From a virus, in IMG/VR virus record IMGVR_UViG_3300027782_000035: a stretch of 64,000 nt of DNA. The stretch is one strand, 5' to 3'. The notes under the pieces were generated by a model that made no database searches, was not told the DNA's origin, and saw nothing but the letters and a program-made list of their open reading frames with translations. The position numbers and the translations under genes are program-made. Shown in pieces: positions 11,601-20,621 of the stretch. The first letter of the stretch is position 1. Each line of letters begins with the position of its first letter.

Positions 11601-12451
11601 TGAACATATTCATATGCAATATCTCGAACGCTCGATAGATATGAATAAAATGTACTTACATAATCTAATCCAAATTTAATAAGCTGTATTGCCTTTATAC
11701 CACCATTCGAATCTATCTTTGTCACTTTAATAGTGCAACCTTGACCAAGTGCCGTCTTTAACGAGAAGATATCTCCGACCTTAAATCCACTTCCTGGCTG
11801 AAATATAGACACTTTAGAAGGACACGGCAAAACTACACCAGTATATGTTACACTGTCAATAGTTACAGACGCTATAGAACCTACTGTAATATTATTCTGA
11901 TATTCTCTTTCAATGAATACTTCGAATGTATCATTAGTGTATTCGGCGACGTTAGAAACATAAGTGGTAATGACTTTACTAGAAGTCGTTATCGTTATGA
12001 ATTTTCCTTCTAATGGAAATAGATTTTGCGTTGTGCCAGTAACTTTTAAGAAAATAGAAACATCTTGCTTCCATTTGCCATCCGACACTCGTAGTATTTG
12101 CGTGGAAGGATAAAATAATTCTGCTTCTTTTTCAAATAATGTTCTGAATAGGAACTTATAAGATTCTTCACTACCTCGTGATAGATAAAAATCACGTATA
12201 TTTTTCAATAAAAGACGCTTGTCAGAAACATTGTTTAGAGGAATGTTTTTAGCTAACTCCGATTTAAAGCTGTCAATAAATTCATCTAGCGAAGTATCTA
12301 TGTCACGAATTTTCTCGAGCTCTACGACTTGAGATTCTTGCATAAACTCATAATAGAGTTTAACAAATTCTACTAATAGTGGATAATTTTCTCTAATATG
12401 TTCAGGAAACTGTCGCTGAACTATATTGGATAATTTTGCTTTGTTTGACAT
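8678..12451 (-). CDS. gp7: baseplate wedge initiator gp7-like with long repetitive C-terminal extension
   Basis: QFPEHIRENYPLLVEFVKLYYEF, FYLSRGSEESYKFLFRTLF, YYQAFSYVIK..HPAGMKLF motifs; follows gp6. Confidence 0.75.
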   Translation of the reverse strand: MSNKAKLSNIVQRQFPEHIRENYPLLVEFVKLYYEFMQESQVVELEKIRDIDTSLDEFIDSFKSELAKNIPLNNVSDKRLLLKNIRDFYLSRGSEESYKFLFRTLFEKEAELFYPSTQILRVSDGKWKQDVSIFLKVTGTTQNLFPLEGKFITITTSSKVITTYVSNVAEYTNDTFEVFIEREYQNNITVGSIASVTIDSVTYTGVVLPCPSKVSIFQPGSGFKVGDIFSLKTALGQGCTIKVTKIDSNGGIKAIQLIKFGLDYVSTFYSYLSSVRDIAYEYVHPARLNHPTPTWTPAYTDPLDNTANYGYASRQIYFYDDTNIPIASTSYSSDRLFADGSYVGEVVGSFYDESDNSIKEDLAIIQVDLGAVAKYPGYYSTSDGFISDEMYIHDGEYYQAFSYVIKVEEELRKYADIVKALIHPAGMKLFAEYNITNIINVAARSVLVQSVLQLPTDGADTFSISDRGESYSSYTTTYSQILQDWVVSPEAGASIVYSSQGAASLFFKKIASSVASALTTEIVKHFYKQPTSPQTLDDLIIKEFIKNLSHSVSDIVTQIVAKELTKIESSSVASTSGISSKILEKFVPLAQSIADEVAKEAIKNVSSPVTSVLSGAVLNAILNKTTPLTTPTSGISSKSIALAKDSPLTTPTSGISSKDIALGKDSPLTTPTSGISSKSIALGKDSPVTSSSAISSMSSIKRVDDDISLASTIAFILPLLRLGPFSFTATDSTPTLIPSKELTESVSAQVTDIIKESIINASDSVLFSDIDLVRNVLKGLTETINLNNSEDIAKSFVLGMPNESITLGSIASLTRAIEASGAFSASDINGFINTLAKNINDPQAFEDSPYKGITPNFSDTAFAQGSNIYDVNGNATVVSMIKSSTKPLTDTVLSPGFDTTPATRADNISFFSDISSNLIALDGNSTQDFTGYGLYVPRRKSTTGNSSTPLGALNTPTFSNGNTYTNFSGQTFPLDYIASEVIENIVTAYKPKSATYTVSMTSSRTAAGDALGGVSRYYTHPSDSFGTRTFTFANSSDVTNLNAAVGDYLWCSGFTGGDLVSEDGDTSYDVTSYYYILNGYGWKITAIDVVAKTVTCSAQFTFDRANGNLPVGTAPSNGQVYRMTSLQLQTNALAQGRGNTFDGKYGSASAFPLFIETWTLLDYMTLMPVLTTSKLSNTLSKPFTSGATSSDNGGLVLTYSSNMSETVALTDPIVMNSVKGLTEAINITMAGAIVANPYAAEEYGVATDLLSPGSLLD
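10391..10574. repeat. 3 x 60-bp near-perfect in-frame tandem repeat (PLTTPTSGISSKSIALGKDS)
   Basis: Unit aggactatctttaccaagagcaatactcttggaacttataccagaagttggagttgtaag repeated with 1-2 substitutions. Confidence 0.95.
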
Positions 12452-14283
12452 TAGTTTCTACTTGATGTAAACTTATAATTAGTTCCGCCAGCATATGTTC
12501 CAGAAGACTGTAGATCCTCAACAACGCTAACTGTTATTCTGTTATCAGGTATATTTACGATTTGGTTTCTTATTGATGCTACGTCGTATGATTGTGTCTT
12601 TATAATAAAGTAAAAGTTAGCATCTACTAAATTAACAATTGTCAAACCTTTGACATATATGTAACCATTTTTATAATCAATTGTTCCTATGGCGGGATTT
12701 TTAATAGACTTCTCGCCAGTTCCTTCTATGATCGTATATAGACGAATATTGCCAACCCCGTCATCGTCTAGGTAATATATGATATCAGTAGAGTCTATAT
12801 AAAATCCAGTAGTAGAAAATGCTTCTTCTGGAACAGATGCACTATAGATAGGATTTACTAGATTAAGTTTATATTCTGAATATGTATTATATTTAGGTAT
12901 AACTTCGCAATAAGCTTTAAACGTTGTTATACTACTTTCTATCGACTGATCTGTAGCATCTATTACAGAAGAAAATTTTGACATTCTAAAAACACCGTCA
13001 AACTTTTGTAAGTACGTATCATTGTAATTCTGAATAGCGTTAGTCACTGCTGTAATGAGTTGATCTGCAGATCTAGTTGTCTTATTCTTATTATAATACA
13101 CAGTTGTGTTAACTACCAAATCAATATACGAAGGATCTACAATTTGCGGTGACACAGAAACTATATTTCTAGATTTCAATATAGTTTCTGTAATATATGT
13201 TTTTTCAGATGGTGTTAAATATGGTTGATTCCTAGGCTTAATTGAAATAAACACTCTTCCATATTGAGGAGGATTATTATCCTCTCCACCCCATACACTG
13301 ATAGAATCTAAATTTGGATATAGTCTTGTAATGATAGAACTATAATCATTCGGCGTAACAGCCCTATTTTGATTATAATATGTTTTAGAAACATTGTATT
13401 TAATTTGGTCAACAGTTTCTTTATCTTGTCCACCGAGTGCAGATGATAGTGTAGAAGATGTAACGACACCACCTATTCCTTCACCAGTATATGTGAATAG
13501 AGAAGCACCATTTGGAGCATCTTTGCTACAAACCAAATATTGAACTGTCACAATATTACCTATTGCAATTGGTGTGCCTAAGCCATTTGAACCAAATGAA
13601 ACTTGATATGTAGAATCTTCAAGTTCTTTTATATAATACACTTTGCTATCAGGCGTTAAAGAAATGATATCACTAGCTAGTGTATATTTTTCATAGTCAG
13701 GTTGTTCACCAGTAAGTTGTACTGTAACGGATAAAGTTGAAGTATCAACGTCTGAATTTGGAAGAACAAATTTCTGATTTAATTCTGTGCATATGAACAC
13801 GAATGTCTGAGGTATTCCTTCATAAATTTTTACAGAAGGATAATAATAAATGTTAGCATTTCTTTCAGCTACATAATCTTGTAAAGTGTAAAACACATAA
13901 GGAATGCTATTATAAGTCGTAGAAAACGCCGAAAATTTAGGAATATATTTTAACTGTGCAGTCGCGTTTTGCTGATTTACTGTGACACTTAATGTAGCCT
14001 CAGAACTCTTTGCCGAGGTTGGCGTGTACGCATAATTATTAGCTATAGATACTACACTACTTCTCTTACTAGCTGAATCGAGAAACATTTCGTTAACAGC
14101 TAAGTTAGTGTAAAGCGCGTTATAATGCGTATTATAAGCAAGCAAATCGATTACCGTAGAAAGAGCAGATCCTTCGAAATCATAATCACTAAACTGTGAT
14201 TGACCTCGCATAAAAGTCTTTAGGTTTTCTCGTATCTGATTGTAATCTAGTTCAGATACTTGTATTCTGTTATTGGTGCTCAT
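12451..14283 (-). CDS. gp6: baseplate wedge subunit gp6
   Basis: ELDYNQIRENLK..DYDFEGSALS..LAYNTHYNA..EMFLDSA; QNRAVTPNDY; WGGEDNNPPQYGRVFISIKP. Confidence 0.95.
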   Translation of the reverse strand: MSTNNRIQVSELDYNQIRENLKTFMRGQSQFSDYDFEGSALSTVIDLLAYNTHYNALYTNLAVNEMFLDSASKRSSVVSIANNYAYTPTSAKSSEATLSVTVNQQNATAQLKYIPKFSAFSTTYNSIPYVFYTLQDYVAERNANIYYYPSVKIYEGIPQTFVFICTELNQKFVLPNSDVDTSTLSVTVQLTGEQPDYEKYTLASDIISLTPDSKVYYIKELEDSTYQVSFGSNGLGTPIAIGNIVTVQYLVCSKDAPNGASLFTYTGEGIGGVVTSSTLSSALGGQDKETVDQIKYNVSKTYYNQNRAVTPNDYSSIITRLYPNLDSISVWGGEDNNPPQYGRVFISIKPRNQPYLTPSEKTYITETILKSRNIVSVSPQIVDPSYIDLVVNTTVYYNKNKTTRSADQLITAVTNAIQNYNDTYLQKFDGVFRMSKFSSVIDATDQSIESSITTFKAYCEVIPKYNTYSEYKLNLVNPIYSASVPEEAFSTTGFYIDSTDIIYYLDDDGVGNIRLYTIIEGTGEKSIKNPAIGTIDYKNGYIYVKGLTIVNLVDANFYFIIKTQSYDVASIRNQIVNIPDNRITVSVVEDLQSSGTYAGGTNYKFTSSRN

Positions 14284-14672
14284 CTAGTTCTCTCTAGGAT
14301 TAAATTGATGTTTAGTGGCGTTTCCGTATTCTTCAACTTAAACGCTATGCTGATGTATGCAGTATTATTTTCTGGACTAAATTTAACTGAAATGTTAAGA
14401 AGATTTACTCTTGGTTCGTAATTAACTATCGTATCTGCGATAGTTCTTTCTATCATAGAAGTTAAAAGCGGTGAGATTGGTTCAAAAAGAAGACCCTTGA
14501 CTTGACATCCAATATCACTTCTAAATGGTCTTTCAAAGTTTTGGGTAAGAATTAGATTTCGTATAGACTGTTTCACTGCATCTTCATCATAACGCGTGAC
14601 AACATCTGACGTTGCTGGATGCAAGCCAAAATTGAAGTCTAGATCTGAAAATGTTCTTGTATTTCGTGCCAT
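14280..14672 (-). CDS. gp25: baseplate wedge/sheath initiator gp25
   Basis: FSDLDFNF..AVKQSIRNLILT..ERPF..YEPRV. Confidence 0.95.
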   Translation of the reverse strand: MARNTRTFSDLDFNFGLHPATSDVVTRYDEDAVKQSIRNLILTQNFERPFRSDIGCQVKGLLFEPISPLLTSMIERTIADTIVNYEPRVNLLNISVKFSPENNTAYISIAFKLKNTETPLNINLILERTR

Positions 14673-14691
14673 ATTCTTTTATTTATTTGAT

Positions 14692-14720
14692 TTTACAGGA
14701 CATCCAAGCTGTGGTATAAT
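14692..14720 (+). promoter_or_regulatory. sigma70-type promoter antisense to PAAR/gp5
   Basis: TTTACA-N17-TATAAT with extended -10 TG; no credible + strand ORF downstream. Confidence 0.6.
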
Positions 14721-14735
14721 GTATCTTCGATACTG

Positions 14736-15047
14736 TCAGTTACTAAAAACTCTAGGTGCACCGGAAATAATAGTGTTATCTCCATACTTGTCACCAATAC
14801 GACCTATCTTTTTTCCATTAGCAGAAACCCGAGAAGAAAAACTACTTAAAGTGGATATGTCTGGTACGCAGCCAGACTTATTGTGTACTCCTACTAAATC
14901 ACTAGCTACGACAATAGGACTTCCCATTGCAGTGACTCTAGTCTGACTAGGAACTCCGGTATTTGTAGTCATTGGCTGTCTACACTTATATCCTATTCCA
15001 TCAGGAGAAAATACAGAATCTGTGCCGGCACGAGCTACTGCTGGCAT
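14736..15047 (-). CDS. PAAR-repeat spike tip protein (gp5.4-like)
   Basis: MPAVARAG..H..SSRVSANGKKIGRIGD..IISGAPRVF; downstream of gp5. Confidence 0.85.
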   Translation of the reverse strand: MPAVARAGTDSVFSPDGIGYKCRQPMTTNTGVPSQTRVTAMGSPIVVASDLVGVHNKSGCVPDISTLSSFSSRVSANGKKIGRIGDKYGDNTIISGAPRVFSN

Positions 15048-15610
15048 TATATTGTTCCTTTAGCTAATGCAATTGCAAATCCCTGCAACGCTGGTATATA
15101 GTTCCAATATACATCTTGCAAAATAGTTATAGTTTCTTGTTCTTGTTGATTTAAGTTATTCATATATTTGAAAGCTATGACGTATGGTACATCATATAAT
15201 ATTTTAGTGGATGGAGGAGACCAACGCACAACTGCTAGTATCGGTTCGGTTGTATTACTCGGTAACACTTTTAAAGTATTATCTTTCATAACAAATTGAT
15301 AAAACGAATCTGTGAACACTTGCGTTGGAGATCCACTTATACGTATCTTATCTCCATTCTTGCTTATGCTAATTCCAGAAGGAGCATTAGTATTTACTAT
15401 ACTGGTGACTGGAACATCTGAATAGGTAATCTCTTCGCCTATACCTATTCCTAATTGAATTCCTATGTCAATTGAAAATTGACCACCATCTTCATATGCT
15501 CCTTCTAAAGCATTTGCTGGCAGGCCAGCGCCTTCAATATCGTTATATCTCGAAGGAATCGCTGGAACTGGAAAGCCAGCCGCATTACTCTTAACTATTC
15601 TAAGTGCCAA
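15047..15610 (-). CDS. hypothetical virion-associated protein
   Basis: 187-aa ORF coupled between gp5 and PAAR. Confidence 0.6.
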   Translation of the reverse strand: MALRIVKSNAAGFPVPAIPSRYNDIEGAGLPANALEGAYEDGGQFSIDIGIQLGIGIGEEITYSDVPVTSIVNTNAPSGISISKNGDKIRISGSPTQVFTDSFYQFVMKDNTLKVLPSNTTEPILAVVRWSPPSTKILYDVPYVIAFKYMNNLNQQEQETITILQDVYWNYIPALQGFAIALAKGTI

Positions 15611-18320
15611 GATATGCTAATCCCATCTTATAGGTCTTATCATTTAAGAACGTGCGTAGATCTTTTCTACCAGTCCCCAAGTTGTTATAAGATATGTGCA
15701 ACCAATTAATTCTTTTACTATCCTTATTACCATTTATACCAGGATCGCGATACTCTAACAACATCTGATCGTAAGGTAGTATAGATGCTAACTTTACAGC
15801 TGCATCATAATTAGCCTTATACCCATAATTACCACCAATTGATATATCGACAGCACTACCAGTCATATGTTGAGAAGTTGGAGAGCCGCCATCAACTTTG
15901 GAACTTCTATAGCAAGACGTCATAACCCAAGACTTATTTACTGGACCGAGCGTTTCGTTCAATGGTCCTAAGATATTAACGCATAGCGCTTTTAGATTAC
16001 ATACGAGATCTTGTGTAGTGTAATCTTTTATCGGTGAGCCATATCTTCCAGGAGTCATTGAGTATTGACGAAGTACTTGGGCCATCGTCCAATTGTGTCC
16101 TGTTTTATCAGTGTGAAGTACATACGATGATGGGAATGATGACATGCCGTAAATAACATCACATCCTGGATTTGTGCTCCTTGCTGTATTTTCTGGCTTA
16201 GCGGTAGTCTCTATTTCGTTAGTTGCAGGTTTCTCTGCTCCAGTATCTCTATTTGAGTGATAATCCCTAGCATTATCTGACGTATTTTCTTCAGGAGTTT
16301 CAAATAATATTTCTTCTTCTAGATTGCGCGGAGGAGGTTTTAATTGCTCGAAAGTTTGTGAACTCTTAGTTCCTGCACTAATCGGATTACCTAAACCAGA
16401 TGTTTCTGCTGAGGCAGCACCTTCTGCAAGACGAACAAGAGCACCTTCAATATTAGCGTTACCGCCGGCATTAATTTCCATATTACCGCCAGACGTAAGT
16501 TTATTAGAGCCAGCAGTATATACATTGAAATCGCCAGTCGATTCAATGTTAACAGTAGAACCTTTCATAGAAAGGGTGCCGCCAACATTGACATTCATAT
16601 CAGAAGCAACATTTATACTACTGCTTCCGCCTATGTTAATTTTTGCATCACCGGTAACATCAATCGATGCATCAGCATTTACTAAAAGTCTTACGTTTCC
16701 ATTAACTGTTAAATTGCAATCACCGCCAACGTATACATATCCATTACGCTCCATGATATAATAACCATCGCCGACTATGCGATTTACTTGCGAACCATTA
16801 GCATCTATCTCGGTGTAGGTTCCTTTGCGGTGATAGAAGTGAACGCGTTCATTTTCTGGAGTATCGTCAAACTCCATAAGATGTCCTGATTCAGTTTCCA
16901 TTACTTTGTTATACGGATACTTTGCGTTATATGGAATATCTGGTTGTGTCCAACTGAAACCTCCACCAGTTTCAACTCCTTCCATTCTCTTACCATCTTT
17001 ATATTCGACTACAGTGCCGGCTATTTTTCCACGCGCTAAACGATTGGTATCAGGTTCTCCAATATAAGACCGTAAAGGATATTTCATATTAGGATCGTTA
17101 AATCCAATATTCAAATTCTGTTGTCGATCGGCAGGCAAGCCATTTGACGCAAGTGGCACTCCTTGAGCTTCATCGCCAGGTTTTGTAGATTTATCAGTCT
17201 GCTCTGGCGGAGGTGCTGCTTCACCTAGAAAGTATTGATAGTACGCGCGTTTTTTCTCATAGCCACCAGTACCAGCATCGTTACCCACGGCTCTAAGCGC
17301 TTTTTCTAAATAAGAAGGATCATCTGGCGATACTGATACTCTACGCTTCATATATGCAACAGCTGTATCAGCAGAAACATCATAATCTGTATTAAGTAAA
17401 TCTGGTTGAGAAATAATGTCTACACCAACTAGCTTTGCGTATACACCATAATTAGCTCTACCAGTTATTTGTATGAATCCTCTACCATAAAATCTACCAC
17501 CATCACCAGGCACGCTATTACCAAGCGATTTGCCATTGTTTTCTGGTGCATATACTAAGTCAAAGAATGACTCTCGCGTTCCCTTCCATCTAGCATATCT
17601 TTCTGCTAAATCTGGTTTATTAGCAAACGTATAACCAAAGACTTTCATCAATGTCGCAGCGGATGCATAATAGTATCCCTCTGCTTGAGGTATACATCCG
17701 CTTTCTCCCATTGCAATTCCTAGCAAAGAAGCTCTTCCATATTTTCCAGTAAACCCAGCTTTATCCATTGCTTTATTTAAAGCATCTATACCTTTTTTGG
17801 CGCTAGCACCTGGCACCTTCATCGACTTACTTGTAGCTGTAGTAACAGGAGTCGAAGGAGGAGGTGTTTCAGGTGTTGTTGTAGTAGGAGCTGTAGTAAC
17901 TGGATTGCCATTTCCATCTGTCACTATGTTGCCAGAGCCGTCTGTTACTACATCACCTTTTGGTGTTGATTCAGTTTTTTCTGGAATTCCATCTATAGAA
18001 ATAGATTCATCCTGATCTTCATCTATTGCTTTATTTTCTTCTTGAGGTATACCTCCAACGGTGCCAAGTATTATAGGTTGCTGAAGTTCATCCGGATCTC
18101 TGAACATTATAACAACCCAAGATCCTTCTACGACGCCAAGAGGAGAATATCCTATTCCATTTATAGCAGCAGATGTAATTGGCTGAAGAGGATATGCCCA
18201 AGGCAAATCCTCGGTTGGAAGTAAAGTCTTATCGTGCGTATGAATACCAACTACACGAACTTGGCATCTACCAAGTTTAAGAGGATCATTTCTATTTTCA
18301 ACGCATCCGGTATATAACAT
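15600..18320 (-). CDS. gp5: baseplate hub/tail spike gp5 with GH19 lysozyme-like and M15 peptidase-like domains
   Basis: N-terminal VENRNDPLKLGRCQVRV..LPWA OB fold; YGRGFIQITGRANY (GH19); YPYNKVMETESGH; beta-helix repeats; C-terminal SCYRS..SQHMTGSAVDI..WLHISY (M15). Confidence 0.9.
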   Translation of the reverse strand: MLYTGCVENRNDPLKLGRCQVRVVGIHTHDKTLLPTEDLPWAYPLQPITSAAINGIGYSPLGVVEGSWVVIMFRDPDELQQPIILGTVGGIPQEENKAIDEDQDESISIDGIPEKTESTPKGDVVTDGSGNIVTDGNGNPVTTAPTTTTPETPPPSTPVTTATSKSMKVPGASAKKGIDALNKAMDKAGFTGKYGRASLLGIAMGESGCIPQAEGYYYASAATLMKVFGYTFANKPDLAERYARWKGTRESFFDLVYAPENNGKSLGNSVPGDGGRFYGRGFIQITGRANYGVYAKLVGVDIISQPDLLNTDYDVSADTAVAYMKRRVSVSPDDPSYLEKALRAVGNDAGTGGYEKKRAYYQYFLGEAAPPPEQTDKSTKPGDEAQGVPLASNGLPADRQQNLNIGFNDPNMKYPLRSYIGEPDTNRLARGKIAGTVVEYKDGKRMEGVETGGGFSWTQPDIPYNAKYPYNKVMETESGHLMEFDDTPENERVHFYHRKGTYTEIDANGSQVNRIVGDGYYIMERNGYVYVGGDCNLTVNGNVRLLVNADASIDVTGDAKINIGGSSSINVASDMNVNVGGTLSMKGSTVNIESTGDFNVYTAGSNKLTSGGNMEINAGGNANIEGALVRLAEGAASAETSGLGNPISAGTKSSQTFEQLKPPPRNLEEEILFETPEENTSDNARDYHSNRDTGAEKPATNEIETTAKPENTARSTNPGCDVIYGMSSFPSSYVLHTDKTGHNWTMAQVLRQYSMTPGRYGSPIKDYTTQDLVCNLKALCVNILGPLNETLGPVNKSWVMTSCYRSSKVDGGSPTSQHMTGSAVDISIGGNYGYKANYDAAVKLASILPYDQMLLEYRDPGINGNKDSKRINWLHISYNNLGTGRKDLRTFLNDKTYKMGLAYLGT

Positions 18321-18321
18321 C

Positions 18322-19599
18322 TTACGCCTTACTCAAATCAGTTAATGTAGAATTCTTTATTAGTTCTAAAGTGCACGTGTGATTTTCTCTATTAATGTAA
18401 TGACTTACTGCTGATACTAAATAGCGACCTGATATCATTAAATCGCGTGGGTCAGAGTCTGTCTTAACGATAACACCAGCTTTGGGTATATTTAATTCTA
18501 CGACTTGCCCAATAGTGTAGTCTGTTCTGCCAAGCACTTCTATAGTAACTCTAAATTTATTTAGATTCTGAAAGAAAGACATTCGCTTTTGAACAGTCTT
18601 AGCATTAGTAACATCAGTAAAGTTATTAAAATTGTTATAATATCTAGGCATCGTAATCATAGTACTAGAACTATTCGTAGTAGCATATTTTGAATAACCT
18701 GGATTGGGATTAAGCAACGTAGCGGGCAGAGGATCTTTCTTAACTGAATAATCTTTTGCAGTATATTTTTTAGTCACAATATCATAAGAAATCATTTTAG
18801 ATTTTAATCTACCTGTCTGAATATCATTCATATAGTCTGTGACAACTGGAATGCTTAATCCTAAGACTCTCTTATAATCTTCGCTAGGATCTTTTACACT
18901 ACCAACTCCACCAGATGTATCTACTTCTGTTCTTGTATAATTATCCTTAGTGAAAGTATGGTATGTCTTATCCATAAGCAAATCGTCTATAGCTTTAAAA
19001 TTAAAGCCTTCTCTATTTTCGTAAAATAGATATGAAGGAGACTTCTTCTGACTTACTGCGTTTGTTGAAAGATAATTTATACATTTTACTGGCGACCAAA
19101 ATGCTGCAACAAACTTAGTTACGTTTGATGTAGTTTGTACCAGTGTTTTCTTCTTCGTATTCAATCCTTCTTTTCCAAGAAGCTTAAATACATTTTCACT
19201 TATGCTTCCAGAATATGCTTTACTAATTTTATTATTAGCATCAACAAGATATTCTTCGGATATAGCCTTTATGATATACACAACTTCTCTTTCCTGAGTA
19301 TACTCACGATCTTCTATCTTGTAAATATAAAACTTGCCAATTATTGGCTTATCAGTTCCTGGAGTAACTATATCGATATCTACATATTCTTCTCCAATAA
19401 ATGGAAAAAGATTTAAGTAATCGATCGATTCTCTCAACACTATAGAAAGCGTAATGAAACTAGAAAATATATCTTCGTAGATCGATATACTTTCTACCTG
19501 ATTAATTACGTTTGCGACTTGACCATTAAGAGAGTGAAGTCTCACTTGTCTTAATGATACATCACCTGCAAATCTTAGGCTAGTAGTACTATCTTGCAT
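18322..19599 (-). CDS. baseplate hub/tail protein (gp27-like)
   Basis: IYEDIFS..PFIGEE..YLFYENREGFNF..SGRYLVSAVSH pattern; between gp53 and gp5. Confidence 0.65.
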   Translation of the reverse strand: MQDSTTSLRFAGDVSLRQVRLHSLNGQVANVINQVESISIYEDIFSSFITLSIVLRESIDYLNLFPFIGEEYVDIDIVTPGTDKPIIGKFYIYKIEDREYTQEREVVYIIKAISEEYLVDANNKISKAYSGSISENVFKLLGKEGLNTKKKTLVQTTSNVTKFVAAFWSPVKCINYLSTNAVSQKKSPSYLFYENREGFNFKAIDDLLMDKTYHTFTKDNYTRTEVDTSGGVGSVKDPSEDYKRVLGLSIPVVTDYMNDIQTGRLKSKMISYDIVTKKYTAKDYSVKKDPLPATLLNPNPGYSKYATTNSSSTMITMPRYYNNFNNFTDVTNAKTVQKRMSFFQNLNKFRVTIEVLGRTDYTIGQVVELNIPKAGVIVKTDSDPRDLMISGRYLVSAVSHYINRENHTCTLELIKNSTLTDLSKA

Positions 19600-19600
19600 A

Positions 19601-20620
19601 TTATGGTGTTACTAGTGTTTGGTATTCTCTTACGAATTGATCTATAAGATTACGAGAAAGTAGTTTTATTCTTCGCTTAGATTCGTTCTTTCGAGTTTCA
19701 AATTCTACATTTGTTATTGGGTTATATACATCACTTATTTGAAATGCATTAGCGCCTATGATAAAACTTCCAACACCTATGTACAAGTAACTATTGTTTA
19801 ACTCGACAAATCTAACTCCGTTCACCGAAACAGAATCACCTGTGCTTAATTTACCTTTTTGAATTGAGATCTGGGCTGTAGATACACTTGAAGTTGAAAA
19901 TATTAAGCCAGTAAAATTAGCACCAAATAATTGACTGGTTGTTATAGCGCTATCTGCTTGAGTGACTAATGTAAAAGATGTGCTGCCATTAGTTTCAGAT
20001 ATCTTATACAAGGTGCCAGGAACGTATCCATTAATAATACCTGTTCCAATATTATTTCCAGTTATAGTGATAGTTTGACCAATAGAAAGCAAAGTGGGGT
20101 CACACTCAAACTTTCCATTGCCAAATGAACCGCTTATTCTAACGTTTGAAATTCCAAGTCCAGTAATCTTAGCAGCTACACCAGAACTAGCGCACGTTAT
20201 AATATCATTTATCTTTAATGATGAATATACAGAAGTAGGAAATTTAAGTGAAGCTGTAGCTTCGCTCACGATTCCATTCTTTTCATAATGATGAATGTTA
20301 TAAATCTTATCTTCGCCATAATTGTCGATACACAATTGTATTAGTTCAACATTAGTCAAAGGGAAGTCGCCAACATAATCATATCGCTGATTCACTAACA
20401 TAATAACCCAATGCAATTCTGGATTACCATATACTTTTTCTGCTATGATTTCTGGCGTTTCGCCTTCTTGCATATCATATTCATCATATATAGTTACATT
20501 TTCTAATGCTTGTTTTCTAACTCTAACGTTAGTAGTAATGTCAGTTAGAATCTGAAGTGTATTTTCAGAATTCGCTTTTGGAAAATCATAATATATTTGC
20601 GGAAATTGTTTGAAGTACAT
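19601..20620 (-). CDS. gp53: baseplate wedge gp53 (LysM-like) with inserted domain
   Basis: MYFKQFPQIYY..GETPEIIAEKVYGNPELHWVIMLVN..NESKRRIKLL. Confidence 0.9.
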   Translation of the reverse strand: MYFKQFPQIYYDFPKANSENTLQILTDITTNVRVRKQALENVTIYDEYDMQEGETPEIIAEKVYGNPELHWVIMLVNQRYDYVGDFPLTNVELIQLCIDNYGEDKIYNIHHYEKNGIVSEATASLKFPTSVYSSLKINDIITCASSGVAAKITGLGISNVRISGSFGNGKFECDPTLLSIGQTITITGNNIGTGIINGYVPGTLYKISETNGSTSFTLVTQADSAITTSQLFGANFTGLIFSTSSVSTAQISIQKGKLSTGDSVSVNGVRFVELNNSYLYIGVGSFIIGANAFQISDVYNPITNVEFETRKNESKRRIKLLSRNLIDQFVREYQTLVTP

Positions 20621-20621
20621 A

